Below are positions 13,590 to 28,665 of a stretch of DNA of 64,000 nt, in pieces. The translations under genes and the position numbers were made by a program. Position 1 is the first letter of the stretch. Every line of letters begins with the position of its first letter. The notes beneath the pieces were generated by a model. It ran no database searches. It was given only the letters and a program-made list of their open reading frames with translations, and was not told the origin of the DNA. The DNA is taken from NCBI RefSeq assembly GCF_009914755.1, contig NC_060931.1. One strand, 5' to 3'. This stretch comes from the human T2T-CHM13v2.0 reference genome, Homo sapiens.

Positions 13590-16061
13590 TCAGAGACCTA
13601 CTCACTGAAGGAACAGATGTTGCCAGCACCGAATAGAGCGGCACCACCCCACCCTCATCCTGATCTTCATGCTTCTGTTAGGACAGGCTGGGCCACTGTA
13701 CCCCTTTCACAGCCTTCACTGGCTCCTAGCCCCACCAAACTGCCTGAGTGCCCTTCTTGGGTGTGCCATTTATCAGGGCACCCTCATTCTTAGACTTGAA
13801 ATTGAAGGGCTTCTGGGGTCAGCCTTGGACTGAGGTACATGGAGGAGCCTGGGTTGGACCTGGACGTGGGACTCCTCTCATTCACAGTCCATGGCATGTG
13901 TAGCAAGGAAGTGACTGATCTGGACGTCGTCAGAGACCCTGAGAGTCTGAGTCACTCACCCCTCCCAAATGTCATCTCCCAGAGGATCTGCCTGGCTTAG
14001 GGAACCACTCTGGACCCTAATGCTGCCCTATTTGCTCTCCATTCACCAAACCCTGCAGCTGTAGCAGAACATCATCCAAGTCGCTGGTTAATTCAAGGTG
14101 CTCCCCCTCTTCAGTGTCACCAGAGACCTCCCTCCAGAAAGACAATGGCCCATTCGTCTCGCATGAGCCTCCTTAGCTGTCTGACATTGAGGCCATGTTC
14201 ACCCGCTCATAAATGTCTACTGAGGGTCCACCACACACCAGGCATATGCTTATGACTGGGGACACCACGGGGAACAAGTCACGGTCCCAAGCTGGGGAGT
14301 CAGCCAAGTGGATGGCAAATACAAGCTGTGTGCTCAAGGCCGTGGGACGTGGAGGGCCCTGGATCTGTCTCAACCTCGTCGCTTGTGGTCCCACCTCATA
14401 TCCGTCTATCACTACCTTCTCCAAGGAGTACTACGAGATGAGTGACAACATGGGTGGCTGCTACAAAGACACAGAACTGGAAAGTCACAAACGTGAGCTA
14501 CACCCAGAGTCCGGTTTCTTGAAAGAGCTCATCATGCCAGCAGGGGGGACGGGGCCACTGATGTGACAGACACCCAAGTCCCCAGCTTGTTAGGCTGCTG
14601 CCCACAACTAAACAGCGGAGCATGACTTATGACTTTGGAAAGAATTCTGGAACCCAGAAGAACAGGGAACAAACCAAGAGTATTTTTCCCTCTGCTACAG
14701 GGACAGACGCAACTGGGGAGGGTGCAGGTTCCTGTACAGAAGTCACTGGCTGCATTTTGCTTTGGACAAAAATGTATGAGGTCGGGGAAAGGATGTTGTT
14801 GTGGGAACAGAGTGTACGGTGGCCTTGTGTTCAAGGCAGACTTTTGACTTTCTGAAAGACTAAAGCATTCACAATAGGCCCCAAAAGACATAGGAACAAA
14901 CACACAAAAGAAGCTGAAAAGTCTGGGGGGTGTGGCTATAAAGGAAACCTCCCTCTGGCCTGAAGGCTGGGTGTGCGAAGGCTGGGGGTGTTTTACTTAA
15001 GAGCAGTCCCAGAGAGCAAAGGGGTGATCCGGACTCCCTCAGCTCTTTTGGGGGACAGAACAATGTGCCATTGAGTTACCAACCGCTGGCAAAACACAAA
15101 ATGGTAATACCACTCATTGTTCTTGACCTTCACTGGAGGATGGACACTATAACATTAAAAGGAAACAGAGTGCTCCCACGGTATTCCAGAATATGAAGCT
15201 GGGTTATTCAGTTCACAGTGGAGGAAGTGGGAAAACTTCTGCCACATCTGAAAGAAAGTCTTGGCAGCTAGTTTGTGTATATGATCTGAAGTATGTTAAA
15301 CTCTAAGATGGGTCCCTGGATACATAGAAACCCCACCTTGATGGCGACACCTTCTTCCTCCCTAAGGTTTTTATTCATCCCATACAAAGTTGTAGAGGGA
15401 AAGTGTCCCTGCTCTAAACCCAGATTTACTTCTTTGCTCTTCTTTTGCAGGCATCTCTGACATGCAGCTCAGCCTGGTCTGAGACTCAGTTTCCACAACT
15501 CAGATAACAACAGACATCATAATTAGCAAGGATGCCAGGATGGCTGTGAGGGTTAGATCTAACAAGTCATGGGGAGACATTTTATGCACAGCAAAGTAAG
15601 TGGGATATGTGTGCGTGTATGTGTGTGTGTGTATTTTAAAGAGACATGGTTAAGAGACATTGGAAGACCAAACTGAGTGAAGGGAATTTAAAAAGACAGC
15701 CAGATAGCTAAGAGAAAAAAAATCTCAGATGCAGAAAAGCACCAAACACAGAGCGGGGAGGGGAGAGAAATGAGAGGGAGGGGCGGGGAGCAGGTGCTGA
15801 AGAATCCTCCCACCTTATCTTCATATTTTGTGTGGCCATTGCACCCATTTACAGAAAGCAGAAGCTCGGCCGCTCACTGTGTGATAAGTGGCAATGTCAG
15901 CCTCCAGCCCACACGGCTGCTCCTGCGGCCTCCCCTCTGCTGCCAGGGTCCTGTGCCCCTCAAGCCCCTCAAGGAGGCTCCATAAGACAGTGCTGTGCCA
16001 TGCACCCCCATGTGCTCTGGCCCTCCTAAGGGCGGGTGGGCAGGTGCCTCCCTGGCCATTC

Positions 16062-16079
16062 CAGCAGCAGCAGCAGCAG
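16062..16079 (+). repeat. (CAG)6 microsatellite
   Basis: cagcagcagcagcagcag. Confidence 0.9.
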
Positions 16080-16381
16080 CTCTGGTCTGAGAGGTGGCAT
16101 GCAAACTGCAAATGGGCCTGCTTGTGCCCTTACTCCTACCTGTGCCCAGACAGACTGTCCCTGCCCGACCTCGCACTGAGGGAAATAAGATCGTTCTCTA
16201 GCTCTGGCACTCGCACTTTTCATGGCCCATTTACAACTCTTTTTCTTAGTGAGGAGTAAATATTCCAAGTCCTCATCAAAGTTGCCATGACTTATTCCTT
16301 AAATTCTGTCACATCCTTGAGGAAAGCAATTCTTTCGCTATTTGCGCACATTTTGAAATCATGCTTTTTTCACTGAGAAAC

Positions 16382-16722
16382 TGTGTTAGTCCCTTCAGGC
16401 TGCCATAACAAAATACCATAGATTGGGAGGCTTATAAACAACAGACGCTGATTTCTCACAGTTCTGGAGGCTGAAGTCCAAGATCATGGTGTGGACAGAC
16501 TTGTGTCTGGAGGGCCGGCTTCCTGCTTCAGAGGGCGCCTTCTTGCTTTGCGCTCACATGGTGGAAGGGGCGGGGGAGCTCTCTGGGCTCTCTTTTATAA
16601 GGACACTAATCCCATCATGAGGTTCAACCCTCATGACCTCATCACTCCCCAAACATTATCATGTTTGGAGTTAGGATTCTGACATCTGAGTTTTGGAGGA
16701 CGCCAACATTTAGAGCACAGCA
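16382..16722 (-). mobile_element. MLT1A-type MaLR solo LTR
   Basis: tgtgttagtcccttcaggctgccataacaaaataccatag...tttctcacagttctggaggctgaagtccaagatc...agcacagca. Confidence 0.85.
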
Positions 16723-16779
16723 GAGATGACCCACACATGTTTGGTAAATAAATCATGTACACGTAAAGTAAGTTCATAT

Positions 16780-17390
16780 AAATATTTACTGGTTTAATGA
16801 GCACAGTGTTAGACACTGTAGGTGTGTCAGGGAACACAGAATTCCTGGCTTCCTGAGCTTAGTCTGGCAGGGTCTGAAAGAAACCTGAAACCAGGGAAGG
16901 GGGCAGTTACCAGAGGGTGGAGGTGGCCAGCGAGACTTCATGGATGCAGTGACTGCCAAGCAGGGTCTGGTGCAGTGAGGAGGTGAACAGGATGCTAGGG
17001 AGAGGCAGGTGAAAGGCTCTGCTGGGTGTGGGGAGAAGCAGGAGAGATGCAGCTGGCACAGTCAACTGTGACGTGAGGCCAGCAGAGGCTTTAAAGCATG
17101 ACATGACCCTGTCTCTGTTTAGATACCTGTTGCTCTAGCGAAGGTGTAAAGAAGATTCTCCAGGGTAGAGGAGCATGAGCAGAAGCAGGGTCTAGTTAGG
17201 AAGCCAGTGCACCAGGAAACATCTCAGAGGGGCATGGGAGTGCTTGAGCCCGGGAGTGCAGGTGGGAGCAAAGGGAAATGGCTGGATTCTGGATACACTT
17301 CAAAGGAAAACAGGCAGGATTCCCTGACAGGTTGATGTGGTTGATGTGTACAAGAAGAGACACCATCAAGGTGGGTCTAAAGAGTCTGTC
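16780..17390 (-). mobile_element. L2 fragments
   Basis: aatatttactg...agttaggaagcc...gaaatggctggattctggatacac...caggattccctgacaggttgatgtgg. Confidence 0.55.
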
Positions 17391-18761
17391 CTCATCATCT
17401 CATACTCTGGGTGAGCCCAGATGATCCTCCCCTCCTGAGCGCATGGTAAACTGAAGGACTCTCTCTACTTTGCTGAGCCTCAGCCGACCTGAGTCCTTCC
17501 TTCCGAACAAAGCACTCCAGGAGGCCAACTGGCTGAGGAGTGGCCATGAGACACACCCGGCAAAGATCAGAGCCCTCTAATTAGTGTGAAAAGTAATTTT
17601 TCAATGTCTCCAAGCATCATCCACTTTATCAGTAACCAATTCACCACCACCACAAGCCATGTGATAAGAAACAGAAGGCAGACTTCACTCCAGGAGAAGG
17701 ACAGCAGGAAGAAGTCTGCAAAGATGAGTATTGCAATGACCTCAACACCACAGCTCACAGAGATGGGAAATAAGAATGCTCATTTTAATAAGCAAAAAAT
17801 ATCAGGCCTAAATGCAGAGAGGACACTTGAGTCTGGCATCCATTGGCCAAGTGGTCTGCAGCCCAGCTCTCAGGGCCTTCCCAGTACAGGGGCTGCCAGG
17901 ACCTGCCTCCCCCTGGGTGTCCTCTCTGCGGAACAGGATCAAGAACACACCAGAGTGACTGATGATGATCAAATGGACACTTCAGTTCTTGATGAAACGT
18001 GTCTTTGGGAGTCTGGTCAGCATAGTTTTATCACTTCCTGTATTATTCTAGTTACCAGATCCAGGAAATGGAACTTCAAGTAATAATGCTTTCCATTAAA
18101 TGTCTAACATACACAGATCGTCCTCAGTCTTCACACAGTGTGAAATACTATCTTTTTATGTATACACTGTGCTGAGATATTAGAGTAATAAATACCAATT
18201 CATGCTTTCAAGTGCAAGGCCTTGTGCATAGCAGTTATTCAATATTCATTGAATACACAAGCAAATTTTTCATAGAAAAGTCTATTTTGGGTTATACTAA
18301 TAACTGATCATAACACAGCCTCCATCATCACTTATTTTAATGGCCAACCATCACTAGCAATTTCAGTCCCAATGCAATAATCTTGAGATCACAGAGAAAC
18401 AGACTTCTCAAGTTGGAATTTTATAGTGTTGAACATAATAAAAGCAATAATTCAAATAATAGTGAAAAAAGAAAGCTGGAATAACTTTAAAATATTTTTG
18501 AATTACTTGTCAATTACAATAAAAATGGATTTATAGTTGTATCTGCACAAAAGTAAGCATATAACTGTATATTGACTGAATAAATGAATAACTATGTATT
18601 ATATATTTGTGGATAATGAAAACTAAAATTAGATAACACAGATTAGTAAACTTCCACAAGTTACTTATTTTTAATCACTTAAATGAAATACCAAAAAAGT
18701 TTTAAAAACCTGCTCTGTAACATGCCAGGTATTATACAAAGAAAGATGCCAGCAAGAATAA

Positions 18762-19137
<376 letters not shown>

Positions 19138-19861
19138 TGATTTTTCTTCTTAAACAGAAGCTATCAGGACTGAAAGGGATGAGCAACTCTCTTCTCTAGA
19201 ATCCTCAGAAGGTATGGAATAGTGAGTAGGGTGTTTGTAGTTTGTGGCTGAGAAGGGAAAATACCACCAACAGAGGAGAGGATGCTGGTATTGTTTAACA
19301 GAATGAACCTGCTGCAGCGCCTTGGTGATTTTTTAATTGTACATTTGGTATTTGCAGCAACAGCAAATTTGATTTTTAAATATAATCTGCTACTTGGTTA
19401 ACACAGAACCCCGGCTGGGGCCATGGACCCTTCATTCCCTCTGCCCAGCCCTCCCTGCTTTAGGCATGCTGGCTACTTCTGTCCCCCACTGCACTGTGGC
19501 CAGCTCTCATCTCCCAGCTTTATGCAGAGCACACACCTAAGGACACAAGGCACAGAGAAGGGTGATCTCATCCAAGCTCCCATTTCTACTGCTGGCCAAG
19601 CTGGGATCGGAACCCAGGCAAATGCCATGAGATCTATGTCTGATCACTACAGCAATCACTGGCTAGTGCTGTTCTTACTGTTCCCATTTTACAGAGGAAA
19701 CTGAGGACTGGAGATAAGCAGAGGGATGCCCACCCAGGCATCTGTGTTGACAGCCCCTACTCACAATCTTAATCCTGGCTCAAGAGCAGAACAAGTGAGG
19801 AAACCATGAGCAAATAAGAGGAAAACAAACTCTCCTTCGGGATGGGTTACTAAAGACTTGG

Positions 19862-20276
19862 TGTGTTAGTCAGTCTGTGTTGCTCTAAAGAAACACCTGA
19901 GACTGGGTAATTTACAAAGAAAAAGGGTTTAATTGGCTCATGGTTCCATAGACTGTACGGGAAGCAGATGCCAGCATCTGCTCACCTTCTGGTGAGGCCT
20001 CAGGAAGCTTTTACTCATGGTGAAAGGCAAAGGCGGATTAGGCATGTCACATGGTGAGAGAGGGAGCAAGGTCGGAGGGGCTGCCACACACTTTTAAACA
20101 ATCAGATCTCAGGTAAACTACCAGAGAGAGAACTCACTCATCCCCATGGGGATGGCACCAAGCCATTCATGAGGGATCCATCTCCATGACCCAAACACCT
20201 CCCACCAGGCCCCACCTCCAACTGGGATCACATTTCAACATGAGATTTGGAGGGGACAAACATCCAAACCATATCA
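19862..20276 (-). mobile_element. MSTA-type MaLR solo LTR
   Basis: tgtgttagtc...cctgagactgggtaatttacaaagaaaa...catgagatttggaggggacaaacatccaaaccatatca; 5-bp TSD cttgg/ctcag. Confidence 0.9.
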
Positions 20277-20700
20277 CTCAGTATAGGAAGGGGGCTCTAA
20301 CCCAAATGCAAGAGCAGCGAGCAAGAATTCCAGCAGCTGCCTAGGGTCCAGGACAAAGGGAGAGTTCACCGTCTCTACACAGCACGATGGTGAGAGGACA
20401 GTGTGGGCCCCAGGAGATGAAGCAGGAAGAAAATCCTGTGCAGAACAGACAATTCGTCTGTCCTCCCGGATGAGGGTTCCCTGGGTCCCAGTGAGAAGGA
20501 GTGGACGCTACTGATGTGTTTTAACACATAACTTTAGGCCTAAGCTAACTTTATGGAAAACTGCATATAATTATTATTCTACAGCACAGATGGATTCATT
20601 TTGAGGTAACTTTCCTACTGAAGAATCTCTTAGCAGATCTGTTGCCTTTGAGTAGTCAAAATTCAGAGCCAGCAGCTGAGGGAGGTAGTTTGCTATGAAG

Positions 20701-20863
20701 GGGTGGTTCTCAAAGTGGGGTTCACCGGAGCGGCAGCACTTAAGATGCAAATGTTCAGGCCCCATCCAGACCTACTGAATCAGCGCTCAGGTGGGGCCCA
20801 GGAAAATGTGTTTTAACAAGCCCTTTGGGTGATCTGATGCCCGCTCAAGTCTCAGAAATCCTG
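20701..20863. mobile_element. MER5A hAT-Charlie MITE
   Basis: gtggttctcaaagtg...cagacctactgaatcag...gtgttttaacaagccc...tgatgcccgctcaagt. Confidence 0.8.
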
Positions 20864-22204
20864 AGAGCATAAGGTGCCTTAATGTGTACAATCAATCATT
20901 CTGGTCTGAAGTTTCCACATAATAAAAGCTGCATTCACAGTACTGTGGGAAGAGCCATGGGATCTGAGAAGAGCATTCGGTCACCTCCAGGCTCTAACAC
21001 CTCTGGGAAAACCTCTTCAAAAAATACCTTTAGAAATAATAAACACACATGATCAAATTATGAATACATAATCAGGTGACAAATACTAACTATGGTTACA
21101 AATTTTAGAAAATTTTCAGATGAACTGGAGGATGGCTAATATTATCCCACCGTTAGGACTTGAAGAAGCAAATATTGAATTTTTTAAACTAGTTGATACA
21201 AAATAATATTTTAAAATATACAAATGTAGGCATTCTCATTTTCTTACAAACTAGTCATGTCCCTGAAAATGAACCTTTCCTCCTTGTTCAGGACACTGGT
21301 GTTAGTAACAGTTGCATATAAATAAGGCTTCCCAAACAAACATCTTATCTTTATATGGAAGGAAGTTCATGAAGAAGGAATTGACGTTCTTCCCCAACAA
21401 CGACGACAATACATTTTTGGGTTCCTTTTCCAGAAATTAGTAAATAACAAAATACCTTTCAGTTTAAAAAAGCATGTTCATAGCAAATGCTTAAATCTAA
21501 TCCATATGCCACTCATATGCTTAAAAAGGAAGATGGTTTCCATGAGCCAATTTCTCCACGCATTCTGTGCCAAATAAAACAGATTTCAGCAAAAAGCTTT
21601 TACTGCCTCAGAGGAAACTCTGTTCATTCTACAGGGTATAAAGTACTATTTATTTTTCATTCAGAATTCCCAATTCTCTACTTACTGCACATTTTCCCAC
21701 TCAAGCAGGCTTTATCCACTGTGGGTAAGCACATTAAATGCAGAAAAATACAACATCTCTTCTGGGTGGAAGAAATTTTTAAAATGCTGGTACAGTTCAC
21801 CATCTACATTTTATCGCATTAACAAAATACAATTCTTATTAAAAGAAAAAAGCTGACATAATATTGATCCTGGAAGTCATACTTTTTATTACTAACTAAA
21901 GAAACCTATCCTAAGCCAAAGCAAAAAGATATTCCCAGGGGCATGTAGCTGGGAAAGGCCAATGCTATCAATATGGTCTGCATATTATAAAAAAGTTCAG
22001 AATCTACATCCAAGCAAATTAATGAGACACACTGCAGAAAATCAGAAGAAATAGCTTTGTGTTTTCCATTTGCATCATCTTATCATGGATGCATACAACA
22101 AAAAGGTACCATTTGTGCCTAAATTTATTTTTATGAAAACACAGCTAATATATCATGAAGAACTCAAAATAAGTCAGTTACATTAGGATATATGTATACA
22201 TTCC

Positions 22205-22510
<306 letters not shown>

Positions 22511-23405
22511 TAGAAAATATTTAAGAGATGCAAAAATAAAAATATTTTCTTTGAAAATGTGTTCCACTACAGGCTTTTCAGATAGATTTTTAGGGATATG
22601 AAGGACTAAGGATGGAAGCAGGATGGTCTCTGAGACCCAGGGATAAAGAACAACCATGAAGGAACAGAGATGGATGACCAGAGGACCGACTTGCAAAAAT
22701 AGATGGACAGACGGACATACCTGGACAGAACGACAAGCAGGCTGATAAGGAAATTACATGACATGTCAGGACCCCGCCATTTGGTATCTGCTGCTATAAC
22801 TTTTTATCAAGATCCAGGGACCAAGCCTCACATTCAGGAGGCACAGACTTAGTTTTTAGGGTATTTTGAGAGCAAATGAGCAAAAAGGGGCTTTGAACCT
22901 AAAGACTAGCAGGGGCGTGACACTCTCAAACTATGCAACTGGGCTAGGCCACATGACACATGCGGCAAGAGTTAGGAAATAAAGTTCTGCCACAGAATGA
23001 ATGGACTCTGAATTTGCTTTCTGTAAATGTTGGCATTTGTGGCATGCTGCCTCCACAGGAAGCTGGGATGCAGTCAGTCAGAAAAATCTCAGTCCAGGGA
23101 AGAAGACTGCATCCTTATCTTTACAGCTGCATGGTGGATCTGACATATTAGGGTATGTGGGGAGCAGGACTGGGCTGCTGGGTGTATCCTGACTGCCTTG
23201 GGGAACTCAGCTTCTCAGAGTTAAAATCATGAGCCCTTCCTGGCATCTTGCCTTTACTTTTAAATAAAGCTTAAATACTTGCCCCCAACACTCCAGTCGC
23301 TACAGCCACAAACATGAAGGATTACTGTGTTCCCAGGGAGCTTTGGAACAATCAACTGTGTCACTGAAAAGATGCTTTGGTTGTGAGAACAGCCCACTGC
23401 CCTAC

Positions 23406-23579
23406 CTTTTCCGATGCCTTGTCTTGCACAGGTGGCCCTGAACCTGGAGGAGGAGGGGCTCGGCGCTTCTTCATCTCCGACTTCACGGACACCCCTGAGA
23501 TGCTGCCCAGCGAGAGGGATGGACCCAGCGTAAGAGAACGTGAGTGCATGGATGGGGAGTTGGGGGTCGTTAAACAGCC
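23406..23579 (-). CDS. COBL: COBL internal coding exon (174 nt, 58 aa, phase 0/0) with KRAP (KKRRAPPPP) motif
   Basis: Minus strand reads ttttctgtttgtctcttccccaacag|GGC TGT...TCG GAA AAG|gtaggg. The translation [58 protein letters not shown] is recognised as human cordon-bleu. Confidence 0.97.
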
Positions 23580-24444
23580 CTGTTGGGGAAGAGACAAACA
23601 GAAAACCAAATCAGTATGAGATGACTTCTCCCCGTATGAATGCTCACATGAAGACAAAGTTCCAATCCGTCCACCTGAGCTTGAACGGCAGCTGTTTCTA
23701 CAGTCAGCTTGAATGGTCTGAGCAAGCCCTGCCTGTAGCTTTCCAGGGAAAACTGGAGAAGATGCTGCAGGACAGACTCATGCTGTGAGGCTCCCTTTCT
23801 TAATCATGAAGGCCATGGCAGACTCTTTAAGCCATTAAGAGAACACTTAGCAGCTAGAATCATTTAAACTTCTTGACCAACCTGCAGGTGTGAACTGGCC
23901 TCCTTAAAACTTTAACCCATTGTCAGAATGAGCTCTTAGACACTAAAAAGAGGAAGGAACTGATCAAGAAATACATCTTCATGAGGAAGACACCAACAGT
24001 CTTGGTCATCTTGGGAAGTACTCCACTTGTTGCCAGGAGGGGGCTTATGTTTCTTCTAATTTTCAGAAGTTATGAAAACTGACAATGTGGTATAAGCAGT
24101 ATGCTGTGAAGACTGTCTAGGACCATCAGTACCGTACTTAGTGACAGATACCCAATAAGCTGAAAGAAATACAAGCCAACACACTAATTGCTCTCAAGGG
24201 ACAATTTCTACACCAGGCGGAGCAGGCTACAGGACACACAAACTTTTTGAATCTTTTTTCTCCCTAAGGTCTGCTTAATAGAATCATGTAAGTGCTAGTG
24301 CAGAAAGCATTCGGGGAACCAGCAGAACCAGCACTCTAACTTCAAACTGAAAACAAGATGGTACCATGCTGTGTCCTGGTGCCTCTTCTCTCCTAGCCCT
24401 GGCAGATCTTCCACCTGTTACCATGGACACAGTCAACACTGAGA

Positions 24445-24900
24445 GCCAATGCAGTATAGGGGTTAAGCCCACAGACCTTGGAGACACTACCTGGGTTTGA
24501 TTCCTTCTTTTGACCTTAGACGAGGTATTTTTTGGTGTCAGGAGTAAGATACAAACCTTGGGCAAATTTTTAATTTCTCCCTACCCCAGTTTATCTCCTG
24601 TAAAACTGGGGTAAATAATAGTTCCTGCATTACAAAGCTATCATGTGAATCAAATGAGTGACTGGATGTAAAAGAGCTTGAAAGAGTTCTTGGCACATTG
24701 GCTGGGTGTGGTCATGCTCACCTTTAGTGCTAGCTACTTGGGATGCTAAGGTGGGAGGATCTCTTGAGCCTGAGTTTGAGGCTGTAGTGAGCCATGCTGG
24801 TGTCATTGGAAGACAGAGTGAGATCCCACTTCTTTAAAAAAAAAAAAAAGGAGTTCTTGGCACAAAGTAAGTACCCAATATGTGTTAGCTATTATGATTA
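24445..24900 (+). mobile_element. MIR interrupted by an Alu monomer
   Basis: cctgggtttgattcc...ccttgggcaaattt...tgtaaaactgggg...gtaaaagagcttg...gttagctattatg. Confidence 0.7.
24700..24849 (+). mobile_element. FRAM-like free right Alu monomer
   Basis: ggctgggtgtggtc...gctacttgggatgctaaggtgggaggatc...gacagagtgagatccc plus A tail; perfect 14-bp TSD gagttcttggcaca (24684-24697 / 24851-24864). Confidence 0.85.
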
Positions 24901-25894
24901 TTACACTTGCTTGTTTGTATCTTTGTCTCCCATTAAGATGTGAACTCAATGAAGACAGTAATTATCACTGATTTTTACTGAGAACTGTATGTAATCCCAG
25001 CTCCAAACAGTTCCTGGTAGGTGGAGGGCCCTTCAGTCAACCTTCCTGAGACAATGAATAGACAGATGACCCTCTGGGTCACTATGCTTTCATATTTTAC
25101 ATAATAAGCTTGTGGGTAAGATTTCATTTGAACAACTAGTTCTCCATATTTAAAATGAAGATATAAAGGAAATCCATCATATTAAACAATAGCCCAGTAT
25201 TATTTGTGCTCAGACACAAATGCTGTTGCTCTACCAGTTATACTATCATTTGTTTTCCTGAAAAAAAATTGAGTCACAGATTTTCTTGTGCTTAAATATT
25301 AAAGCCAAAGGACAAAGCACTCCATGAAGGCTGCTTTTTACGCCATTAGTGCTTCCCTGCAGACACTGAATATCAACGATGCCCGATGCTTTGGCTATCA
25401 GGTGCAGAGTTCCCATAGGAAACAGGTGACGGTGATATAACAGAAAAGAAACTAACACCCAGAACACTCGTCAATGCCTATTTAGGCTCCTACAGAAAAA
25501 TGTAAATTGTTCCCTTGAGTCCTTGAGTTCTGCAGCCATCATAGTCATTACTAAGCAAATAAGCCATGCAAAATAAACTCTGCCTTACATCCACCTCCAT
25601 GGCAACAGGGAGGACTCAGGGAGATGCAACTCAAGATTTATTTAACCCTGCAGGATCTAGAAGACTAAATGAAGCACAGGAAGCAAACCAGAGAAGGGAT
25701 TTTGCTATTCACAGTTCTGGAGCTGGAAAGGTGTTTTGCTGGATGGCTGGTTTGTACAAACACCCCCAGATCCAGGGGGAATGCAAACCCCATCTTTCCT
25801 CATCAGTAGTCACTTAGCATATGGCCAGAGCATGGACACTGGGACCTTCCACACTGTTCTGTTTCCTCATCCATAACGTCTGCTGACAGTGACT

Positions 25895-25962
25895 GCACAT
25901 GCACACACTCACGCACATGTGCACACACTCACAAACGTGCACTCACACATGTGAACACACAT
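25895..25962. repeat. Degenerate (CA)n-like repeat
   Basis: gcacatgcacacactcacgcacatgtgcacacactcacaaacgtgcactcacacatgtgaacacacat. Confidence 0.7.
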
Positions 25963-28665
25963 TTTGGAGGATGCTTAAAGCTGTGGTAGTCAAAGAACTA
26001 CACACCTGTACCCATGCCACCTGCTATCTCTAAAGCACACATGCCCCATCTGACGTCCCAGAAACACGATGTCCATGGCAGTGCATTCCACAACCACATA
26101 TCTAATTGCTTGTCTTCATTCCACCCTGTCTAGACATGGAACTCCCAGTTCCTCTTGTCCTCGGTCCTCACCACAACTATGCCTGCCTGACTGATCAATC
26201 AATACTGCTGTGAATCCACCTCTGTCCTGTAAGTGCCCTGAGCACTTAAGGAAGGTCTGTGCAGAATACTCCCTTAAAAGAACTTTACAGCCCCCTTCCA
26301 TTTCATATTGATTTCAGGTTTTAATTCATAATTTTTTTTGCTGTCATAAGCATCCTGGACATTTTGCATTATCTATTTTTTAAGGTAAGGAATGGGAATA
26401 GACCCCATAAAGTAGGTACATCCCCATCTTTAAAATGGGGAAAAATCCATTTCCTTCAAAGTTGTTACAAGCATTAAATGAAGTAATTTAGATAAAGCAC
26501 ATTAGAAGTGTCTAATATATGTGGTTTCCTTCTTCTCTGATACCTATTTTGGGTGGCCATGACCTCATGAGGGCCACACTGAGATGACCTTGAATGGCAG
26601 AAAGTCAGAAGGCGGAAGTGCACCCCATCCCAGTCCTCCTAGAAGTTCTGATATTGATTATCTTCAGACAATGGGCTCCTCATGAGGCCTTCATCTGTGA
26701 CTCTGGAACTTAACTGAATTTCAATAGAACAGATGATTTTTCTCCCCTAATTTGCTCTACACAATTAACAAATATCTCTTCCCACCTCCCACAATGCTCC
26801 CAAGGAGGTCGATTGCAGGGTCCAGTGGTCCTGAGCCACCAGACCCTCTTCTCAGTTCTGCTACTCAACAGTGTTTCTCAACCTTCAACCCATGGGAAGC
26901 CAAAAACTTTATGTTGTCCAGCGAATACTTGTGCTTCATTTCTATCTTCTTTCCCTACTTTTGGAATTTGTGCGCAGAATTTAGAAAGCAATCCACAGAA
27001 TAATGTGGGAGGAAAACATTGTGAAGTATTGAGTCCTTTAAAGTCCTGACTCATATCAATACGAAGTCAAAGGGAAAACCAAGAGCTTAATGCATGCAGT
27101 CTGGAGTCAAAACAGCTTGGCCCCCCCTATTATCCCAGTTTCCTTGGTTGTCTCCTGCTACAAAGTGGCAAAGTTCATGAGGGACAGGCCACTGCTTGCC
27201 TGCAAGAGAGGTTTGATTTCCTGTCCAAGCTTGTCAATATATACATGTTTTTAATATCAAGTTCTTTTTTTGTAGGGAAGTGAGTCATAGCTCTCACCAA
27301 AGGTTGGCACCAAAATCCACAGATGTTGGCAGTCATGATCTTATCAAATTTTCTCAGGAGTTGCAAGTGCAACCAGATAAATCATTAAGAAAAAGCAATG
27401 AATAACAGAAAAGAAAACTAAGCAAACAGAACCTTCTATCTCAGGCTTCATGGGACTTAGGTTGGTGGGATTTAAACTTCCTCCAGGCCAGCTGCTGTCA
27501 TTCAATGGATAGTCGAATTCAATGGCGCCCACCAAAGACAATGCAAAACTCTCTGTGTCCATGTCACCACACCACTGATAGCCAATTAACTCCTTACATT
27601 CAGTGTAAAACATCAGTGATTTGACTCTCATACGCGCATCTGGGGAGAGAAGACAGGAAGAAGAGGAAGCTAACCGTTTCCAGATCTGAGTGCCAGCTCA
27701 AAATAAAACCAGTATCATCTGCCACAAGTGCTTTTGACATGGGTCCTAATTTTAAATTTACACACACACAAACATTTATGTATGCATGGGTGTGTGTGTG
27801 CGTATATATATATGTACATATTTGATTGCTTCTGTTTAAAATGTACTCATCTCAGCAAAGCTTATTTTCCTTTTATTTGACTTTCATTGTGACGACAAAA
27901 CACTACTCCACTGACAGGGACAAGGAGCTATGCAGATCTAGCACCAGGCAGCAGGGGCACGGCCCTGACAGCACAAGTGCCCCATAGAACCTGATAGGGC
28001 ACTGAGAGTGCAGGGTGTTCCTGGAATACTTTCAGGGCTCACAGGTACCGCAGAGAACACGTTGTCTCCCTCGCTCATTGACTTATAATTGATCAGAGAT
28101 CAGTACCAGACAAGAAGCTGAGCATGTTCAACGTAAACATCCCTATTTCGAGTCAGCACAGACTGCCATGGTCCATTTCCCTTTGCCAAAATTCTTGAAG
28201 ATATCCTCACAGAGCTGCCTCACGAGCACACCCATCACACAGCCTAAGATGGATCAATCTGTTCATACAACAAAAAGGGGCTTGGTGTACTTCAACCCCT
28301 TACTGTACTGCACAATACACTTCCAGGGACAAACAGGAGATGCTGTACCTGAAATCTTTCTGTTTAAATCGATTTAAAAAAAAAAAAAGAGAAATGGTCA
28401 TTTTGTTTCCATTTCTCAAAGGTGTCCATCCTACAAATACAATTATACCTTGACTCATTTAATCAAGTCTACTAAAAGCCTGAGTAGATCTTTTGACATG
28501 GCTACTGAGGAATTCAGATGTTGATTTCTGTTTCAAGGTTAAGGGATATGTTTTGGTTACAATAAGTATACTCTGAGCTGGCAATCAACAATCCTCTCAG
28601 CAGAGGCTCTTCTAAATGGGATCAGATCCTCTTAGAAGGACATGATGTTTGCTGTTTTGATGGTG

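Noticed and set aside
17586-18083. 165-aa ORF
   Set aside because: Non-ATG start, no recognisable homology or exon structure, and antisense to COBL.
23361-23657. 98-aa ORF as a standalone gene
   Set aside because: It is the COBL exon plus intronic read-through; the splice sites delimit 23406-23579.
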